Source of the DNA: Klebsiella phage fENko-Kae01
Sequence record: OR228459.1
Length of the DNA stretch: 64,000 nucleotides
Strand: one strand, 5' to 3'
Within the stretch, counting starts at the first letter, position 1. Every line of letters starts with the position of its first letter. The notes under the pieces are model-generated. The model was not told where the DNA came from. It ran no database searches and saw only the letters and a list, made by a program, of their open reading frames with translations. A program made the position numbers and the translations under genes. Below, in pieces: positions 63,471 to 64,000 of this stretch.

Positions 63471-63498
63471 TTGCAATTTTTCAGTACTGTAGTATAAT
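63471..63498 (+). promoter_or_regulatory. early promoter
   Basis: TTGCAA-N16-TATAAT; back-to-back with minus promoter at 63441. Confidence 0.6.
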
Positions 63499-63531
63499 AC
63501 TTGTATTGAAACGAGATAAGGGAAACACAAA

Positions 63532-64000
63532 ATGATTACACAAATCTATCACGGCAGCACCCGTTTTGATACTGCTGGTGGATATAAAGGCGGCAAGCCT
63601 AACAGCTTTCAATATGGTGTAGGTCTGTATTGTACTAATGCTTACTTGTGGGCTGAGAAGTACGGTCGAAGTGTTTATGTATTAGATGTGGAACTCAAAC
63701 CAGAACACCACGCCGACAATGTAGAAATTACAATTGAAAACTTGCAATATTGGGTTAACTGCTATTGCTCGCAAAAAGTAGCAAAGATCTTTAAAAAGGA
63801 ATTCAGCCAGCGTAAAACTATGACTGCAAATCGCTTTGAATTGTGGTTGTACTGGAATGTAAGACGCTTTAAACCAATCGCCGTACAATTAGCTGCTTTC
63901 TTTGCTGCACAAGGTGTAACCCATAATAGCGAGGTTGGCAATTATGGTGGTAAACTCATTCGTATCTATGACTTTGATATTATCAAAGGTTACACAAAGG
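63532..64000 (+). CDS. YHGST-motif protein, partial (paralog of 3638-4330), runs off window
   Basis: MITQIYHGSTRFDTAGGYKGG...GVGLYCTNAYLWAEKYG; no stop before 64000. Confidence 0.6.
   Translation, partial: MITQIYHGSTRFDTAGGYKGGKPNSFQYGVGLYCTNAYLWAEKYGRSVYVLDVELKPEHHADNVEITIENLQYWVNCYCSQKVAKIFKKEFSQRKTMTANRFELWLYWNVRRFKPIAVQLAAFFAAQGVTHNSEVGNYGGKLIRIYDFDIIKGYTK

Noticed and set aside
53581-63530. Regular repeats of promoter/leader units looked superficially like a repeat-spacer array (CRISPR-like)
   Set aside because: Units are 250-600 bp apart, spacers are protein-coding genes with RBSs, and repeats are promoters (TTGACA/TATAAT), not CRISPR direct repeats.
63682-63888. 68-aa minus-strand ORF
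   Set aside because: Antisense inside the partial YHGST paralog.

Overview
This window is a low-GC (~35%) segment of a large virulent dsDNA phage genome. Positions 1-37.8 kb carry about 85 tightly packed, mostly small plus-strand genes of the early/middle class. These include two tRNA clusters (Pro, Glu, Gly, Leu plus three degenerate tRNA-like elements), an AAA+ ATPase, a sigma-70-family sigma factor, an HNH endonuclease, a eukaryotic-like protein-kinase-fold protein, a ParA-like P-loop protein, many small membrane or secreted proteins, and one minus-strand Ig-like structural gene. Several recurrent regulatory modules punctuate this block: nine copies of a UUCG-tetraloop hairpin that carries a TTGAC -35 box inside its stem and is followed by TATTAT, and four TTGGGACAAA/TGTGATATAAT promoters. 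Positions 37.8-52.0 kb are a 14-kb minus-strand array of 13 paralogous fibre-like genes that all begin MIPFxRIL-YGN. Ten of them carry RCC1-like beta-propeller repeats, two have a lectin-like C-terminus (one split by a G7 homopolymer frameshift), and one is Gly-rich. The array is cut into transcription units by conserved terminator+promoter cassettes. Positions 52.0-53.7 kb are a 1.6-kb non-coding control region with iteron-like AGTACT direct repeats, operator-like palindromes and convergent promoters. Positions 53.7-64 kb are a host-takeover-style early region of about 25 small genes. Each has its own AAAAGTACTTGACA-N16/17-TATAAT promoter and one of two conserved 5' UTR types (class A carries a 5'-terminal GGGGG...CCCCC hairpin). 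Three leaderless mini-ORF (MKTI/MKTH) small transcription units read antisense on the minus strand. All coordinates are by hand and carry about +/-2 nt uncertainty.
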